In this document: piece after piece, positions 20,169 through 28,737 of the stretch
Numbering within the stretch: the first letter of the stretch is position 1
Layout of the letters: each line of letters starts with the position of its first letter
Assembly (NCBI GenBank): GCA_036510675.1
Contig: DATCDN010000138.1
Span: 109,199 to 173,198, forward strand
Source of the DNA: Stellaceae bacterium
Lineage (GTDB): Bacteria; Pseudomonadota; Alphaproteobacteria; ATCC43930; CGMCC-115725
DNA length: 64,000 nucleotides
Direction: 5' to 3'
Notes under the pieces: generated by a model
Databases searched by the model: none
The model's input: the letters and a program-made list of their open reading frames with translations, nothing else
What the model was told of the DNA's origin: nothing
Translations under genes and position numbers: made by a program

Positions 20169-20714
20169 CTATCCGCCGACCTCGCGGGCGGCGGCGAGCC
20201 AGCGGAACGCCGCGATATCGGGCGCCGGATGGACCGTGCCGCAGCCGCCACAGGTCCGCAACGCGGCGTCGGTGGCGAAGCGTTGGCCCTCAGCATGGTA
20301 CATTTCCTGCGCGATCGCCTTGGCACTGTCCCACACCGCGCGATGAAGCTCGGCGCCGCAGCCACCGCAAAACCATGCCATGCCTTCGAGACCCGCCGGC
20401 TGTGGCTTGTAGCGCAACATGACGTTTTCCTCGGTCGGCACGATCCGGTGCGGCGCGCCCGCCGGAATGTAAATGCAGTCACCCGCCTTCACCGTGAAAC
20501 TGTCGATCGACACGCCTTTGAATTCGACCGTTCCGGCCCCGGATAGCGCCAGCAGCATCGTGTCCTTTTCGCAGATCAGGTGAAATGGCTGCGGCCGGTC
20601 GTTGCGGCTGAGGTGAACCTGAATCTGGATGTCGTCCGGCAGCATCGGCATGTCATCATAGGAGCCAAGCTTCCGGCTTTCGCGCAGCGCCTGAAACGTC
20701 TTCTTGCGCGGCAT
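20169..20714 (-). CDS. cupin dioxygenase resembling 3-hydroxyanthranilate 3,4-dioxygenase, with a C-terminal CxxC..CxxC site
   Basis: 181 aa from the ATG at 20714, with an AGG..AAGG SD after the upstream stop. It has a perfect cupin motif 2 (GDCIYIPAGAPH) and an H/E pair (FHLICE). WFCGGCG..(37 aa)..CGGCGTVHP resembles the rubredoxin-like site of bacterial HAO. Confidence 0.55.
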   Translation of the reverse strand: MPRKKTFQALRESRKLGSYDDMPMLPDDIQIQVHLSRNDRPQPFHLICEKDTMLLALSGAGTVEFKGVSIDSFTVKAGDCIYIPAGAPHRIVPTEENVMLRYKPQPAGLEGMAWFCGGCGAELHRAVWDSAKAIAQEMYHAEGQRFATDAALRTCGGCGTVHPAPDIAAFRWLAAAREVGG

Positions 20715-20722
20715 CCTTGCCT

Positions 20723-21415
20723 CTATTTCCCCGGCGTGCCGGCGGTGGCGGCGAGCAGGGCTTTTCGGCCGGCGATCGCGGCATCGCTCTGGACCGCATA
20801 CCGGTCCCAGCCCCAAGCGGCCACCGGGAATGGCGCATTGACGTGGCCGCAATGCGGGCAGGTGCGCCGCCCCACATCGTCATTGAATTCGGCGAACAGG
20901 GCGGGCATGGCCGCGATCGAAACGAAGGGATAATCGGCCTCATGCGCGTCGGGCGCCGGTGTCGCATCGTATTCCTTGAAGAAAATTTCCTCATGGCATT
21001 TGACGCAACGCAGGCTGCACGCTTCGGTCTGCGGCCCGGCTTCCGCCTGGCGCTGGGTGATGATCATGATCGCGAACGAATTCGGGTCCTTCTCGCGCTT
21101 CAGGAACGAATTGACGCCATGCACGCGGGCGCCGACGAATACCTGTCCGGTCGCGAGCACGCCGCCATTGGCGGCCAGCGTCACCACCACTTCATCCTGG
21201 GTATTGTGGTGGAAGAAGTGGCCGTAATCGGCGTCCGGCCCGCCGAGGATCATGGCGCCCGCCGGCACCATCGCGCCCGGATGAAGATAGGGGAACAGCG
21301 GGATGAGCTGGGTATTGCCGTGCTGCATCGCCTCGAAGGCGTTGACGCGCAGCGGTGGCCGGTCGGCGCGCGGCGGCGCGATCACCAGCATCGGCTCTTG
21401 CGTATCGTCGGGCAT
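20723..21415 (-). CDS. cupin-like putative dioxygenase subunit with a CxxC..CxxC motif
   Basis: 230 aa. It has the metal-site-like HFFHHNTQDEVVV, and CVKC..(about 50 aa)..CPHCGHV. It is 8 nt upstream of the HAO-like gene. Confidence 0.4.
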   Translation of the reverse strand: MPDDTQEPMLVIAPPRADRPPLRVNAFEAMQHGNTQLIPLFPYLHPGAMVPAGAMILGGPDADYGHFFHHNTQDEVVVTLAANGGVLATGQVFVGARVHGVNSFLKREKDPNSFAIMIITQRQAEAGPQTEACSLRCVKCHEEIFFKEYDATPAPDAHEADYPFVSIAAMPALFAEFNDDVGRRTCPHCGHVNAPFPVAAWGWDRYAVQSDAAIAGRKALLAATAGTPGK

Positions 21416-21433
21416 GGCGGACTCCGCGCGGCC

Positions 21434-21715
21434 TTAACGCTTGCCGTATTGTTGCAGCATTTGCGCCATCTCATCGCGCGACTGGGCGAAATGCACCTCA
21501 TGCATTTCGTCGATCGGGAAGCCCAGCACTTCCATCTGTTCCTCGACCTGCTCCTTGGTGTCGGCCTCGAACACGGAGACGATGAGCCCCGAGGCGATGT
21601 TGACGTAAATCTGCCGGAAGGTCGCGATCTTGGCATCCAGCACATTGGCGGCGTTTTGCGCAAGATCGTCGCGCTTCAGCCCCGGCGTGCGGTGAATGGT
21701 GATGAATTGCGGCAT
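21434..21715 (-). CDS. DUF4242-like small protein
   Basis: 93 aa from the ATG at 21715. MPQFITIHRTPGLKRDDL... has the MxxFMxxH-type N-terminus of the DUF4242 family. Confidence 0.5.
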   Translation of the reverse strand: MPQFITIHRTPGLKRDDLAQNAANVLDAKIATFRQIYVNIASGLIVSVFEADTKEQVEEQMEVLGFPIDEMHEVHFAQSRDEMAQMLQQYGKR

Positions 21716-21735
21716 ATCGCTTCTCCCTTTTTTGT

Positions 21736-22317
21736 CTACAGCCCGACATCCTCGGCGAGGCGTCGGGTACGCCGTTCGGCCCAATCGTTACGATCCCGGT
21801 CGTCGGCGCGACGTTCGGCATCGAGCCGGCGCTGAACGCGGACGATGAGACGCTTGAAGGTCCGGATTTCGCTGTCCGATAAATCCGCCATCGCCCGGTC
21901 GTTCACGTCGCGGATCAGCGGCGCCATGGTCGCCGCGAGGCGCCGGCCGCGGGGTGTCAGATGGACCAGACTCTTGCGGCGGTCGTCGGTCGATTTGACC
22001 ACGCGGACCAGCCCTTCGCGTTCCAGAAGCTGGACCGCGACCACGGTCGTCGGCCCCTGGCGGCCGACCCGCCGGGTCAGCTCGCCGCTCGACAGACCGT
22101 CTTCTTCCCACAACTCGCGCAGATAGCGCCATTGGCTGACCGTGACGCCGTGCGCGTCGGCCTCGACGTCCATCGCCTCCTGCCAGCTCTCGGCGAGCCG
22201 ACGGACGTGATAGCCGACGCTGCGCGCCAGCGGGACGAGACCCTCCCCGGCAGGCTCGGGCATCACGGCGGCAAGGACGCGAAGATGATTCACGGGCAAA
22301 CCCATGGGCAAATGCAT
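21736..22317 (-). CDS. MarR family transcriptional regulator
   Basis: 193 aa. The winged HTH reads VTVSQWRYLRELWEEDGLSSGELTRRVGRQGPTTVVAVQLLEREGLVRVVKSTDDRRKSLVHLTPRG. Confidence 0.85.
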   Translation of the reverse strand: MHLPMGLPVNHLRVLAAVMPEPAGEGLVPLARSVGYHVRRLAESWQEAMDVEADAHGVTVSQWRYLRELWEEDGLSSGELTRRVGRQGPTTVVAVQLLEREGLVRVVKSTDDRRKSLVHLTPRGRRLAATMAPLIRDVNDRAMADLSDSEIRTFKRLIVRVQRRLDAERRADDRDRNDWAERRTRRLAEDVGL

Positions 22318-22376
22318 AGATATCTACTAATCTTGTCAGAGTAAGTCTTTGCGCGGCTGTTGTCAAAGGAACGGGG

Positions 22377-23345
22377 ATGGCGATGGAAGCCCGGCTCGAG
22401 CGACCGATTACCCTCAACATGATGGGCGATTGGGGGATCGCGAACCTTCACCGCATCTGCGGCTGGATCGGCGCCGAATTGTGGCGCCGATCGCCCGCGG
22501 GCTCGCGCTTAGCGACCTGGACCGGGCGCGGCGGCACCGACGCGATCGCGGCGGTTCTCGATGGCGAGGTGCAGACCGCCCTGTTCGTGCCCGCCGGTTT
22601 CGTGCGCACCATCTTCGAGGGGCGCGGCATCCTTCATCGCCCCGATGTCGGCCGCCTGCGCGCGCTGGCAACCCTGCCGCAGGACGACCGGCTGGTGTTC
22701 GCCATCGATGCCGGCTTCGGCATCGCCAGCTTTGCCGAGCTGCGCGCCAAGCGCCCGGCGCTGCGCCTCACCACCGCGCCCGATGACGGCGTCAACATGA
22801 CCGGCTTTGCCGCGCATCGGATGCTGGAAGCGTCGGGCGTCGCCGCCGCCACGATCGAAAGCTGGGGCGGCAAAATGCTGCTCGGCGAGGCGCCGTGGGA
22901 TACCATCCCGCTGGCAACGCGCGGCGACGCCGACGCCGTGTTGTTTGAAGCGGTGATGACGCCGTTCTGGAAGGACCTATGCGCCACCCGGCGGATGAAT
23001 TTCCTGCCCTTCGAGGAGACGGCGCTCGCCGCCGTCGAGCGCGACTTTGCCTGGCGGCGCGCCATGGTGCCCCAAGATCGGTTTCCCGGCTTGGCGTCGG
23101 CGTTCGAGGCGCTCGACTTTTCGGACTTTCTGCTCATCTGCCGTGACGATTTGCCGGACGATATCGCCTATGTCATCGCCGCCCTGCTCTGCGAGACGAC
23201 GGATATCCTGGAAAGCCAATATCGCCACATCCCACCCCGGGACAGTCCGGTGACCTATCCCTTGATACCGCGCAAGATCGCGGCCGCGCCGATCCCGCTG
23301 GCGCCGGGCGCGGAACGCTATTATCGCGAACACGGGCTGCGATAA
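22377..23345 (+). CDS. TAXI-family (TRAP-associated) solute-binding-like protein without a signal peptide
   Basis: 322 aa. The C-terminal PLAPGAERYYREHGL resembles the TAXI signature (HPGAxKYYKE). The N-terminus MAMEARLERPITLNMMGDWG has no hydrophobic leader. Confidence 0.5.
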   Translation: MAMEARLERPITLNMMGDWGIANLHRICGWIGAELWRRSPAGSRLATWTGRGGTDAIAAVLDGEVQTALFVPAGFVRTIFEGRGILHRPDVGRLRALATLPQDDRLVFAIDAGFGIASFAELRAKRPALRLTTAPDDGVNMTGFAAHRMLEASGVAAATIESWGGKMLLGEAPWDTIPLATRGDADAVLFEAVMTPFWKDLCATRRMNFLPFEETALAAVERDFAWRRAMVPQDRFPGLASAFEALDFSDFLLICRDDLPDDIAYVIAALLCETTDILESQYRHIPPRDSPVTYPLIPRKIAAAPIPLAPGAERYYREHGLR

Positions 23346-23401
23346 ATCGACTGTGCTTTGACCTTGCCCGGCGCGCCTCATAGACTTGCCCTCCACAAAG
23401 T

Positions 23402-25684
23402 TTGGGGCAGGCCATGGATCACACGATCGTTCGCGTCACGGAAGAGGAGGCCCTGCAATTTCATAAGCGCGGCCTGCCGGGAAAATTGGAAATCGCGGCC
23501 ACCAAGCCGCTGACCACCGCGCATGATCTGTCGCTGGCCTATTCGCCTGGCGTCGCCTTTCCCTGTCTCGCCATCGAGCGCGATCCCGCCACCGCCTACG
23601 ACTACACCGCCAAGGGCAACATGGTCGCGGTGATCACCAACGGCACGGCGGTGCTGGGGCTGGGCGATCTCGGCGCGCTCGCCTCGAAGCCGGTGATGGA
23701 AGGCAAGGCGGTGCTGTTCAAGCGCTTCGCCGGAATCGATGCGGTCGATCTCGAGATCGATACCAAGGATGTCGACCAGTTCGTCAATTGCGTGCGCTAT
23801 CTCCATCCCGCGTTCGGCGGCATCAATCTCGAGGATATCAAGGCGCCCGATTGCTTCGTCATCGAGGAACGGCTGCGCGAACTCCTGGATATTCCCGTCT
23901 TCCATGACGATCAGCACGGCACCGCGATCATCGCCGCGGCGGCGCTGATCAATGCCTGCGATCTGACCGGGCGCGATCTCGCCTCGATCCGCCTGGTGGT
24001 CAACGGCGCCGGCGCCGCCGCCATTGCCTGTGTCGAGCTGATCAAGTCGATGGGCCTGCCCAACGACCATGTCACGCTGTGCGACACCAAGGGCGTCGTC
24101 TATCGCGGTCGCACCGCCGGCATGAACCAATGGAAGTCGGCGCATGCGGTCGAAACCGACCGGCGCACGCTGGCCGACGCGATGGCCGGCGCCGATGTGT
24201 TCTTCGGCCTGTCGGTGAAAGGCGCCGTCACCCCGGCGATGGTGAAGTCGATGGCGGCGCGGCCGATCATCGCGGCAATGGCCAACCCCGATCCCGAAAT
24301 CACGCCCGAGGAGGTCAAATCCGTGCGGTCCGACGCCATCGTGGCGACCGGGCGCTCGGACTATCCGAACCAGATCAACAATGTTCTGGGCTTTCCCTAC
24401 ATTTTTCGCGGTGCCCTCGATGTCCGCGCCTCGACCATCAACGAAGCGATGAAGATCGCCGCCGCCAAGGCGCTGGCGGCGCTGGCGCGCGAGGACGTGC
24501 CGGACGAGGTCGCCGCCGCTTATGCCGGCCAGCGCCTGCGCTATGGCCCCGACTATATCGTGCCGACGCCGTTCGATCCGCGGCTGATCTGGTCGATCCC
24601 GCCCGCGGTCGCGAAGGCGGCGATGGAATCGGGCGTGGCGCGCAAGCCGATCGCCGATCTCGACGCCTATCGCAGCGGCTTGAAGGGCCGCCTCGATCCG
24701 ACGGCGGCCTATCTTCAGCTCGCCTTCGCCAAGGTGCGCGCCAATCCGCGCCGCGTCGTGTTCGCCGAGGGCGAGGATGAGCGCACGATTCGCGCGGCCC
24801 TCGCCTTCCGCGCCGCCGGCTATGGCACACCGGTGCTGATCGGGCGCGAGGATCGCATCGCCGCGACTGCCCACACCATTGGCATGGCGCGGACGGAACC
24901 GCTGGAAATCCACAACGCGGCCCTCTCCACCGCCAACAAGGCCTATACCGATTTCCTCTATCGGCGCCTGCAACGCCATGGCTCGCTGCATCGCGACTGC
25001 CAGCGCATGGTGAACCAGGACCGCAATATCTTCGCCGCCTGCATGGTGGCGTGCGGCGACGCCGACGCGCTGGTCACCGGCGCCACGCGCAACTATTTTA
25101 CCGCCTTCGAGGAAATCACCCGCGTGATTGGGCCGAAGCCGGGCCACCGCGTCTGCGGCTATTCGCTGCTGCTGTCACGCGACCGCTCGGTCCTGGTATC
25201 GGACACCACCGCGCACCCGACGCCAAACGGCGAAGAACTGGCCGACATTGCGATGCAGGCCGCGCAGCAGGCGCGCGGCATGATCGGGTTCGAGCCACGC
25301 GTCGCGCTGCTGTCCTATTCCACCTTCGGCAATCCGATCCGCGCCGACGCCGACCGGGTGCGCGAGGCGGTCGCGATCCTCGACACGCGCAAGCCCGATT
25401 TCGAATATGACGGCGAGATGAGCGTCGAGGTCGCGCTGAATCACCGCCTGATGCGCGAGCGCTATCCCTTCTGCCGCCTCAGCGGACCGGCCAACGTGCT
25501 GATCATGCCGGGCCTCCACACCGCCAGCATCGCCTCGCAGCTCTTGGAGCAGATGGGCGGCGGCCGGCATATCGGGCCGTTGCTGATGGGCCTCGGCCGG
25601 CCCGCGCAAATCATTGAAATGGGCGCGACCGTCTCCGACTACGTCAATCTTGCCGCGCTCGCCGCCCACGAAGCGATTGGATGA
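23402..25684 (+). CDS. maeB: NADP-dependent malic enzyme (malic enzyme plus PTA-like domain)
   Basis: 760 aa. The N-terminal malic enzyme part has [26 protein letters not shown] and [11 protein letters not shown]. The C-terminal domain of about 330 aa is phosphotransacetylase-like. Confidence 0.92.
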   Translation: MGQAMDHTIVRVTEEEALQFHKRGLPGKLEIAATKPLTTAHDLSLAYSPGVAFPCLAIERDPATAYDYTAKGNMVAVITNGTAVLGLGDLGALASKPVMEGKAVLFKRFAGIDAVDLEIDTKDVDQFVNCVRYLHPAFGGINLEDIKAPDCFVIEERLRELLDIPVFHDDQHGTAIIAAAALINACDLTGRDLASIRLVVNGAGAAAIACVELIKSMGLPNDHVTLCDTKGVVYRGRTAGMNQWKSAHAVETDRRTLADAMAGADVFFGLSVKGAVTPAMVKSMAARPIIAAMANPDPEITPEEVKSVRSDAIVATGRSDYPNQINNVLGFPYIFRGALDVRASTINEAMKIAAAKALAALAREDVPDEVAAAYAGQRLRYGPDYIVPTPFDPRLIWSIPPAVAKAAMESGVARKPIADLDAYRSGLKGRLDPTAAYLQLAFAKVRANPRRVVFAEGEDERTIRAALAFRAAGYGTPVLIGREDRIAATAHTIGMARTEPLEIHNAALSTANKAYTDFLYRRLQRHGSLHRDCQRMVNQDRNIFAACMVACGDADALVTGATRNYFTAFEEITRVIGPKPGHRVCGYSLLLSRDRSVLVSDTTAHPTPNGEELADIAMQAAQQARGMIGFEPRVALLSYSTFGNPIRADADRVREAVAILDTRKPDFEYDGEMSVEVALNHRLMRERYPFCRLSGPANVLIMPGLHTASIASQLLEQMGGGRHIGPLLMGLGRPAQIIEMGATVSDYVNLAALAAHEAIG

Positions 25685-27063
25685 ACCCGACCGCGCGCTG
25701 GTTGCTGGCGGCTCTGTTTCTCGCCAGCCCCGCGCTCGCGGCGTTCCTGATCCTGGCCCTCGCCGGCGCGTTGGCGCCGGGTCCCGCCGCGCTCGCGGCC
25801 TTCCTGGTGGCGATCGCGATCGCCCTCATCTCGCGCCCGATCCATCTCGGCCTGACGCGGCTGCGCGCGGCCGTCGATGCCATGGCGGAAGACGATGCGG
25901 CGCGGCCCGAGATCGACAGCGTATCGCCCGCGATCCGCGAGCTGTGGCTCGCCATCATGCGCTGGGCGCGCGCCGCGCGGACCCAGGCGCGGGCCCGCGA
26001 AGCCGCGATCGGTACCGCGCAATTGGTGCTCCATCATTTGCCCGACCCGGTGCTGGTGCTGGACGAGCGGCGGCGGATCGCGCGCACCAACGAGGCCGCC
26101 GAAATACTGCTGGGCCGCAATCTTTTGGGTCGCGACCTCGCGGTGGCGCTGCGCCAGCCAGCGCTGCTGGCGGCCACCGACGCGGTGCTGCGCGGCGAGC
26201 GCGACCGGCTGGTCGAATTCGACCTCGCGACGCCGATCGAGCGGCATTTCTCGGCGCGGATCGTGCCGCTGACCCCGGCGCGAGCCGACGGCAGTGTCGT
26301 GTTGATCCTCCACGATGTCACGGTATTGAAACGCAGCGATCGGCTGCGCGCCGATTTCGCCGCCAATGCCAGCCATGAGCTGCGCACGCCGCTGACCGCG
26401 CTGATCGGCTTCATCGAGACGCTACGCGGGCCGGCGCGCGATGACCCGGCGGCGCGCGATCGTTTCCTCGCGATCATGGCGGAGCAGTCGGCGCGCATGG
26501 CGCGGCTGGTGGAGGATCTGCTGGCGCTGGCAAAAATCGAGATGAACGAGCATCGGACCCCGACGGCGCTGGTCGATATTCGCGATCTCATCGAGCGCGT
26601 AGCGAGCGGGCTGGAGCAGCGCGCCGCCGCACGCGACATGATCATCCGGCGGACCGTTCCCGCCGAGACTCCGGCGGTGGTCGGCGATGCCGACGAGCTG
26701 GCGCAGGTCTTTCAGAATCTTCTCGACAACGCGATCAAATACGCCCGCGCGGGGACCGTCGTGGCGGTGACGGCGGGACCATCGCCAAAAGCCCTACTCG
26801 GCGCGCGGGCGGCGCTGGCGATCACCATCGCCGACCAGGGCGAGGGGATTTCGCGCGAGCATCTGGCGCGGCTGACCGAGCGGTTCTATCGCGTGGGCAC
26901 CGCGCGGTCGCGCGAATTGGGCGGGACCGGCTTGGGCCTCGCCATCGTCAAGCACATTGTCAATCACCATCGCGGCGCGATCGATATCGACAGCGAGATT
27001 GGCAAGGGCTCGGTATTCACGGTTCATTTGCCGGTGGCGCCGCCGTCTACCATCGCCGGCTGA
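25681..27063 (+). CDS. phoR: phosphate regulon sensor histidine kinase PhoR
   Basis: 460 aa with N-terminal TM helices and a PAS region. HisKA is FAANASHELRTPLTAL and HATPase is NLLDNAIKY..DQGEGI..GGTGLGLAIVKHIV. The ATG overlaps the maeB stop (ATGA at 25681-25684). Confidence 0.85.
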   Translation: MNPTARWLLAALFLASPALAAFLILALAGALAPGPAALAAFLVAIAIALISRPIHLGLTRLRAAVDAMAEDDAARPEIDSVSPAIRELWLAIMRWARAARTQARAREAAIGTAQLVLHHLPDPVLVLDERRRIARTNEAAEILLGRNLLGRDLAVALRQPALLAATDAVLRGERDRLVEFDLATPIERHFSARIVPLTPARADGSVVLILHDVTVLKRSDRLRADFAANASHELRTPLTALIGFIETLRGPARDDPAARDRFLAIMAEQSARMARLVEDLLALAKIEMNEHRTPTALVDIRDLIERVASGLEQRAAARDMIIRRTVPAETPAVVGDADELAQVFQNLLDNAIKYARAGTVVAVTAGPSPKALLGARAALAITIADQGEGISREHLARLTERFYRVGTARSRELGGTGLGLAIVKHIVNHHRGAIDIDSEIGKGSVFTVHLPVAPPSTIAG

Positions 27064-27069
27064 TCGGCG

Positions 27070-27180
27070 CTAGAGTGCGATCCGGCCGGAGAAATCGCAC
27101 TCTAATCATTGAATTAGAGGCGGATTCACGCCTGATGGAATCGCGAATGCGATTCCATCAAAGGCGATCCGACTCTAGAG
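27070..27180. repeat. composite palindromic intergenic element (three nested or adjacent perfect hairpins)
   Basis: There is an 11-bp stem (27071-27081 / 27094-27104), a 7-bp stem (27100-27106 / 27113-27119) and a 12-bp stem with a GAAT loop (27133-27144 / 27149-27160). CTAGAG motifs lie at both ends. Confidence 0.85.
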
Positions 27181-27226
27181 TTGCTCGGCGCGGCACTCGC
27201 CGCATGAGCGAATAGGGGGAAACGCA

Positions 27227-27610
27227 ATGTCGGACATTACATGGCTGCTGATCGCGGTCATCGTCGGCCTGGTGCAAATCATGCTCGCGGCGCAGATGGC
27301 ACAAAAATATCGTAGCCTCGATTGGAACGTCGGTCCGCGCGACACCTCGATTCCGGTTGAAGGCACCGCCGGCCGCTTGGAGCGTGCCTATCGCAATTTC
27401 CTCGAGACGTTTCCCCTGTTCGCGGCGGCGCTGATCGCGGTGGTGATCCAGCACAAGTCGGGTGGCACGTCCCATTGGGGCGCGCTGCTCTACGTCATCG
27501 CGCGCATCGTCTATGTGCCGCTGTATGCCCTGGGCGTGAAGTATGTCCGCACAGCGGTCTGGGCGGTCTCGATCGTCGGCATCGTGATGCTGATCGTCGC
27601 GGCGTTCTAA
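27227..27610 (+). CDS. MAPEG family membrane protein (glutathione-transferase-like)
   Basis: 127 aa with 3-4 TM helices. RAYRNFLETFPLFAAAL and YVIARIVYVPLY are typical of bacterial MAPEG. Confidence 0.75.
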   Translation: MSDITWLLIAVIVGLVQIMLAAQMAQKYRSLDWNVGPRDTSIPVEGTAGRLERAYRNFLETFPLFAAALIAVVIQHKSGGTSHWGALLYVIARIVYVPLYALGVKYVRTAVWAVSIVGIVMLIVAAF

Positions 27611-27616
27611 AGGGGA

Positions 27617-27749
27617 CAGTTATCAGTTATCAGTTATCAGTTATCAGTTGTCAGTCTGATAACTGACGACTGACGACTGACGACTGACGACTGACGACTG
27701 ACGACTGATAACTGACGACTGACGACTGATAACTGACGACTGACGACTA
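27617..27749. repeat. inverted heptamer-array hairpin (6 x CAGTNNT directly abutting 13 x ANNACTG)
   Basis: The left arm is 27617-27658 (CAGTTAT x4, CAGTTGT, CAGTCTG). The right arm is 27659-27749 (ATAACTG x3, ACGACTG x9, ACGACTA). It fills almost the whole 143-bp gap between the two convergent stop codons. Confidence 0.95.
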
Positions 27750-27753
27750 CCCG

Positions 27754-28716
27754 TTAAACGTCAATCACCAGAATATCCGACAGCGCCCGCGACACGCAGG
27801 GCGTAAAGATCTTGCCGCTCTCATGTTCCTGCTTGGTCAGGATCAGGTCGCGATGGTCGGGCACGCCCGATACGATATTGGTGAGACAGGTCGCGCACAC
27901 GCCTTGTTCGCACGAGACCGGAATATCGATCCCGACGGCGCGTAGCGCCTCGACCACCGTCTTGTCCTTGGGGATGGTAATGAGCTGGCCGGTCTTCTTG
28001 ATTTCGACCAGAAACTCGGTCGCGTCTCCGGGTTTCGCCGCGACGCCGGTGAACCGCTCAAGGTGGAGATGCGCATCGTCCCACCCCAGCTTCTTCGCAA
28101 CATCGACGGCGACGTCCATCATGATGCCGGGGCCGCAAATATAGACATGCTTGCCCGGATCGGGCGCGCCGAGGAAGGCCGCGAGGTCGGGGCGCTGTTC
28201 CTCGGGACCGTCATCGAAGTGGAATTGTACCTGGGGCGCGAATTCCGCCGCCGTCACGCGTTCGTAAAACGCCGTGCGGGCGCGGCTCCGTGTGCAGTAA
28301 TGGAAGGTGAACGGCGCCGCGACGGCATGGAGGCGCTCGGCCATAGCGAGGATCGGCGTGACGCCGATGCCGCCGGCCAGCAGTACCGTCTCCTTGGCGT
28401 CGGTCGCCAGCGGAAAGAGATTGTGCGGCCCGCGAATGACGACGGTATCGCCCTCCGCCACGGTGTCGCAGAAGGCAGCGGAGCCGCCGCGCCCGGCTAG
28501 CTCGCGCTGGACGCCCAGCACATAGCGATGGCGCTCCGACGGCGCGTTGCTCAGCGAGAATTGCCTGATCTTGTCGCCGATCTTGACGTCGAGATGGGCG
28601 CCCGCCTCGAACGGCGGCAATTCCTTGCCGTCGGGATCGACCAGTTCATAGGAATAGATGCCGGTCGCTTCTTCGCGCTTCGCGGCGATCCGCGTCGAAA
28701 ACCAATCGGAACTCAT
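27754..28716 (-). CDS. PDR/VanB-family oxidoreductase (flavin reductase plus plant-type 2Fe-2S ferredoxin domain)
   Basis: 320 aa. It has the flavin-binding RQFSLSN, NAD-binding LLAGGIGVTP and the C-terminal cluster CEQGVCATC. Confidence 0.85.
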   Translation of the reverse strand: MSSDWFSTRIAAKREEATGIYSYELVDPDGKELPPFEAGAHLDVKIGDKIRQFSLSNAPSERHRYVLGVQRELAGRGGSAAFCDTVAEGDTVVIRGPHNLFPLATDAKETVLLAGGIGVTPILAMAERLHAVAAPFTFHYCTRSRARTAFYERVTAAEFAPQVQFHFDDGPEEQRPDLAAFLGAPDPGKHVYICGPGIMMDVAVDVAKKLGWDDAHLHLERFTGVAAKPGDATEFLVEIKKTGQLITIPKDKTVVEALRAVGIDIPVSCEQGVCATCLTNIVSGVPDHRDLILTKQEHESGKIFTPCVSRALSDILVIDV

Positions 28717-28737
28717 ACGCTCTCCAGAAGGAAGTGC

